From Candidatus Marinacidobacterales bacterium (GTDB lineage Bacteria; Acidobacteriota; Vicinamibacteria; Marinacidobacterales; DATDRI01): 64,000 nucleotides of DNA. Each line of letters opens with the position of its first letter. Positions within the stretch are counted from its first letter, which is position 1. The stretch spans positions 96,001-160,000 of the forward strand of contig OZ244742.1 in the NCBI GenBank assembly GCA_965219415.1, given 5' to 3'. The notes under the pieces were generated by a model, which saw only the letters and a program-made list of their open reading frames with translations, was not told where the DNA came from and did no database searches. This document shows, one piece after another, positions 61,237 through 64,000 of the stretch. Position numbers and translations under genes: made by a program.

Positions 61237-62372
61237 TCCTCCCGAATCAGCGGACACTCTTCGACATACCGGACGACGTGGCGTACTTGAACTGCGCCTA
61301 CATGTCCCCTCTGATGAAGTCGGTTACCGAAGCCGGGAAAAAAGGCGTCATGAGGAAGGCCAGTCCCTGGAAGATCGGCGCTCCCGATTTTTTCACCGAT
61401 TCCGACTCCTTGAGAGAGGTCTTCGCGCGACTCATCCGCTGCACAGCAGAGGATGTCGCTATTACCCCGGCCGTCAGCTACGGGATCTCGACCGCGGCTC
61501 GCAACCTGCCGCTCGAGAAGGGCCAGTCGATTGTCGTCGCCGAGGACCAGTTTCCCTCGAATTATTATCCCTGGCACGAAAGAGCTAAGGAAATAGACGC
61601 CAAGGTCAAAAGAGTACCCAGACCCGGCGACGGTGACTGGACGTCGGCCGTGCTCGAGGCACTCGATGACGAAACCGCCACTGTGGCACTGCCCAACTGT
61701 CACTGGGCAGACGGCGGTCTCTTCGACCTACGCATGATCGGAGAGCAGTGCCGTAAGCGCGGAACGCACCTCGTCGTGGACGCGAGTCAGTCTCTCGGTG
61801 TCCTGCCATTTTCAGTCGAGGAGATCCAGCCCGATTTTCTGGCCGTTCCCACATACAAATGGCTCCTAGGACCTTATTCGCTGGGATTTCTCTACGTATC
61901 CAAGCGTTGGCAGGACAGCCTCCCCATCGAGCACAGCTGGTACCACCGCCGCAACGCCGAGAACTTCTCGCGGTTAGTTGACTACGAGGAACGCTTCGCC
62001 GCCGGCGCCCGCCGCTTCGATGTGGGTGAGCGATCGAACTTCGCACTCCTCCCCATGGCTGATGCCGCGATTCGGCAGATTCTTGATTGGGGGGTGGAGA
62101 ACATCCGTGACAGCGTCGCGGCCATTGCCAAGCAATTGGCCGACGAGACCAGTTCCTTGGGGCTCGACTCCCTCCCTGCCTCGCTGCGCGCCAGTCACTA
62201 TCTCTGCCTCAACCTTCCCGAGAAGGCACCGGCCGATCTCCCCACGCGTCTTGCCAAGGATGACGTCCATGTCAGCATCCGCGGCTCGTCGCTACGCGTG
62301 ACACCGCATCTCTACAATACGGACCAAGACCTCGACCGCTTCATATCCTGCCTTAAGAAAGCTCTCTCCTAG
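61233..62372 (+). CDS. PLP-dependent class V aminotransferase/lyase
   Basis: YLNCAYMSP, VDASQS, TYKWLLGP, LRVTPHLYN. Confidence 0.88.
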   Translation: MILPNQRTLFDIPDDVAYLNCAYMSPLMKSVTEAGKKGVMRKASPWKIGAPDFFTDSDSLREVFARLIRCTAEDVAITPAVSYGISTAARNLPLEKGQSIVVAEDQFPSNYYPWHERAKEIDAKVKRVPRPGDGDWTSAVLEALDDETATVALPNCHWADGGLFDLRMIGEQCRKRGTHLVVDASQSLGVLPFSVEEIQPDFLAVPTYKWLLGPYSLGFLYVSKRWQDSLPIEHSWYHRRNAENFSRLVDYEERFAAGARRFDVGERSNFALLPMADAAIRQILDWGVENIRDSVAAIAKQLADETSSLGLDSLPASLRASHYLCLNLPEKAPADLPTRLAKDDVHVSIRGSSLRVTPHLYNTDQDLDRFISCLKKALS

Positions 62373-62413
62373 TAGATTCGCCGGAAGCGGCAATATAGAC
62401 TGCATCAAGCTCT

Positions 62414-62845
62414 ATGTTCGCCTCCAAAACCGGTGCAACATTAACGTTAACCTTGTGGTTACTCACTCTCGCTGTGGTGCCGGAAACTGCCGCGCAGGAC
62501 GAAGCGTCACTTTGGGGCAGGCTTCTGAAAAGAATAGAAATCAGCGGGTTACGTCACACGAAAAGAGAGCTCGTCATTCGGGAGCTGGCGTCCAAGGAAG
62601 GCCAGCCCTACCTGGCGGAGAATGCCAACCGAGATCCGGAGCGTTTGGATCGTCTGGGCGTTTTCAGCTCGGTGAAATTCAACGCCGTCGCCGAGGGCGA
62701 AGGTGTCGTCCTGCAGGTCGACGTCCAAGAGACGTTCCCGTATCTACCCACCCTGAGCATTGAAATCACGGAAGAAAACGGGACGGCGGTTGGTCCGGGC
62801 TTCAAGTCCGTCAACCTCCTGGGCAAAGCCATCAGCAATCGGAGA
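62414..62845 (+). pseudogene. BamA/TamA-family POTRA protein interrupted by IS256
   Basis: Signal peptide, IEISGLRHTKRELVIREL, LGVFSSV, NLLGKA, then IS sequence. Confidence 0.75.
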
Positions 62846-64000
62846 GAGCTCTTGTCAATAGGTGTGTAAAAAAGTTCAGGCAGCAGCAACCTTCGACGAC
62901 TCCGTTACCCTGTCTCCATCTTCAAATCGAACGCCCAGGTGAACCTCTCGCATCAGCTCCGGTGCGTTGAGCCGGCGAAAATTCTTCTCCGCAACCAGAA
63001 GCAGTTTGAAGATTGTCGCAGTGGCGGACTCGATTTTCTTGAACCTTTTGGCCGCATCCGTTCTCAATCTCAGTGCAGCGAACGGTGACTCCACGACGTT
63101 GCTCGTGCGAAGGTGTTGCCAGTGAGGCTTGGGAAAGGAATAGAAGCTGACCATCCGCTCCCAGTCCTCGTCGAGCACGTGCGCGGCCCCCGGAAGACCC
63201 TTGCGCAAGCACCAATCCTGGAACTTGGCCTTCTTCGTCTCGCACTCCTGCAGGCTGGTGGGGTAGGGGGTCGCCGTCAACAGCGGCTTGGCCTGCGCCT
63301 GGTCCCTTTTCGGAATCCGGTCCAGTACGTTGAGGATTCGGTGGTTCCAGCACCGCTGCTCCTCAGCTTCTGGAAATACGTTTCGGGTCGCGGCCCAGAT
63401 GCCGAGATGACCGTCACCGATCACCAAACGGGGACATCTCAGACCGCGCTTCTTCAGTCTCCGTAGCAGCGACGACCATGACGCTTCGGATTCTCGATGC
63501 CCGGCCTCCAGCGTCAGGACGATTTTCGTCCCGTCGGACAGGCCACCAACCGCAACTAGCACCGCCGCCTTGTCCTTCTCAAGGCCGGCCTTCACGTACA
63601 CGCCATCTATCCACAGGGACACGAGCTTGAGTTCGTCCAGTGGGCGAGCTAGCCACTGCTCGTACTCTCCCTGCCATTTTCTGTTTCAGCCGCGACACCG
63701 TGCTGGGAGAAAGTGGAGCGTCCTCCCCTAGAAGCCCGCGGAGCGCCAAATCGAAATCTCCGTGAGCTAATCCATGCAGGTACAGCTCCGGAATCAACTC
63801 GCTCACCGTTTCGCTCCGACGCTTGAACAGCGGAAGCACTCGACTTTCGAACCTCTCCTCCACGTCCCGTACTCTCGGCCGGCGAACCGTCACTGTGCCC
63901 ACGCTCATCGTCAGCTTCCGAGGCTTACCGTATCCATTTCGATAGCCCGCCGTTGTGTCCACGGGCTTCCGTCTCTCCGATTTCTCACGCCCGAGAAGCT
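62846..64000 (-). mobile_element. IS256-family insertion sequence, copy 2 (runs off the window; transposase frameshifted ~63680)
   Basis: Near-identical to copy 1 from its left IR onward; one extra T in CCATTTTCTG. Confidence 0.93.

Overview
GC-rich bacterial chromosomal window; the gene content resembles Acidobacteriota, but that is inference only. It holds intact housekeeping genes (pssA, psd, tsaB, mutS, speB, two sppA, ptrB), a marR-arsM-arsN2 arsenic operon, several hydrolases and a multicopper oxidase. Decay is heavy: about 15 genes carry frameshifts, nonsense codons, internal deletions, inversions or IS insertions (two IS256, one ISL3). Two things stand out. (1) An intact 9-gene cluster (16.7-28.4 kb) pairs a MotA/TolQ/ExbB channel with two different Asp-bearing TM/coiled-coil/vWA subunits, a membrane Ser/Thr kinase, two FHA-type proteins (one fused to a degenerate Hsp70-type fold, one to PEGA and FGE-like domains) and exported proteins. 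It is a candidate uncharacterised kinase-controlled ion-driven envelope motor. (2) Two diverged copies of a transposase-less HNH-nuclease element share a ~240-nt upstream region whose hairpins show structure-preserving substitutions, a candidate nuclease-associated RNA. No rRNA, tRNA or CRISPR array was recognised. All calls come from reading motifs by eye; no searches were run.
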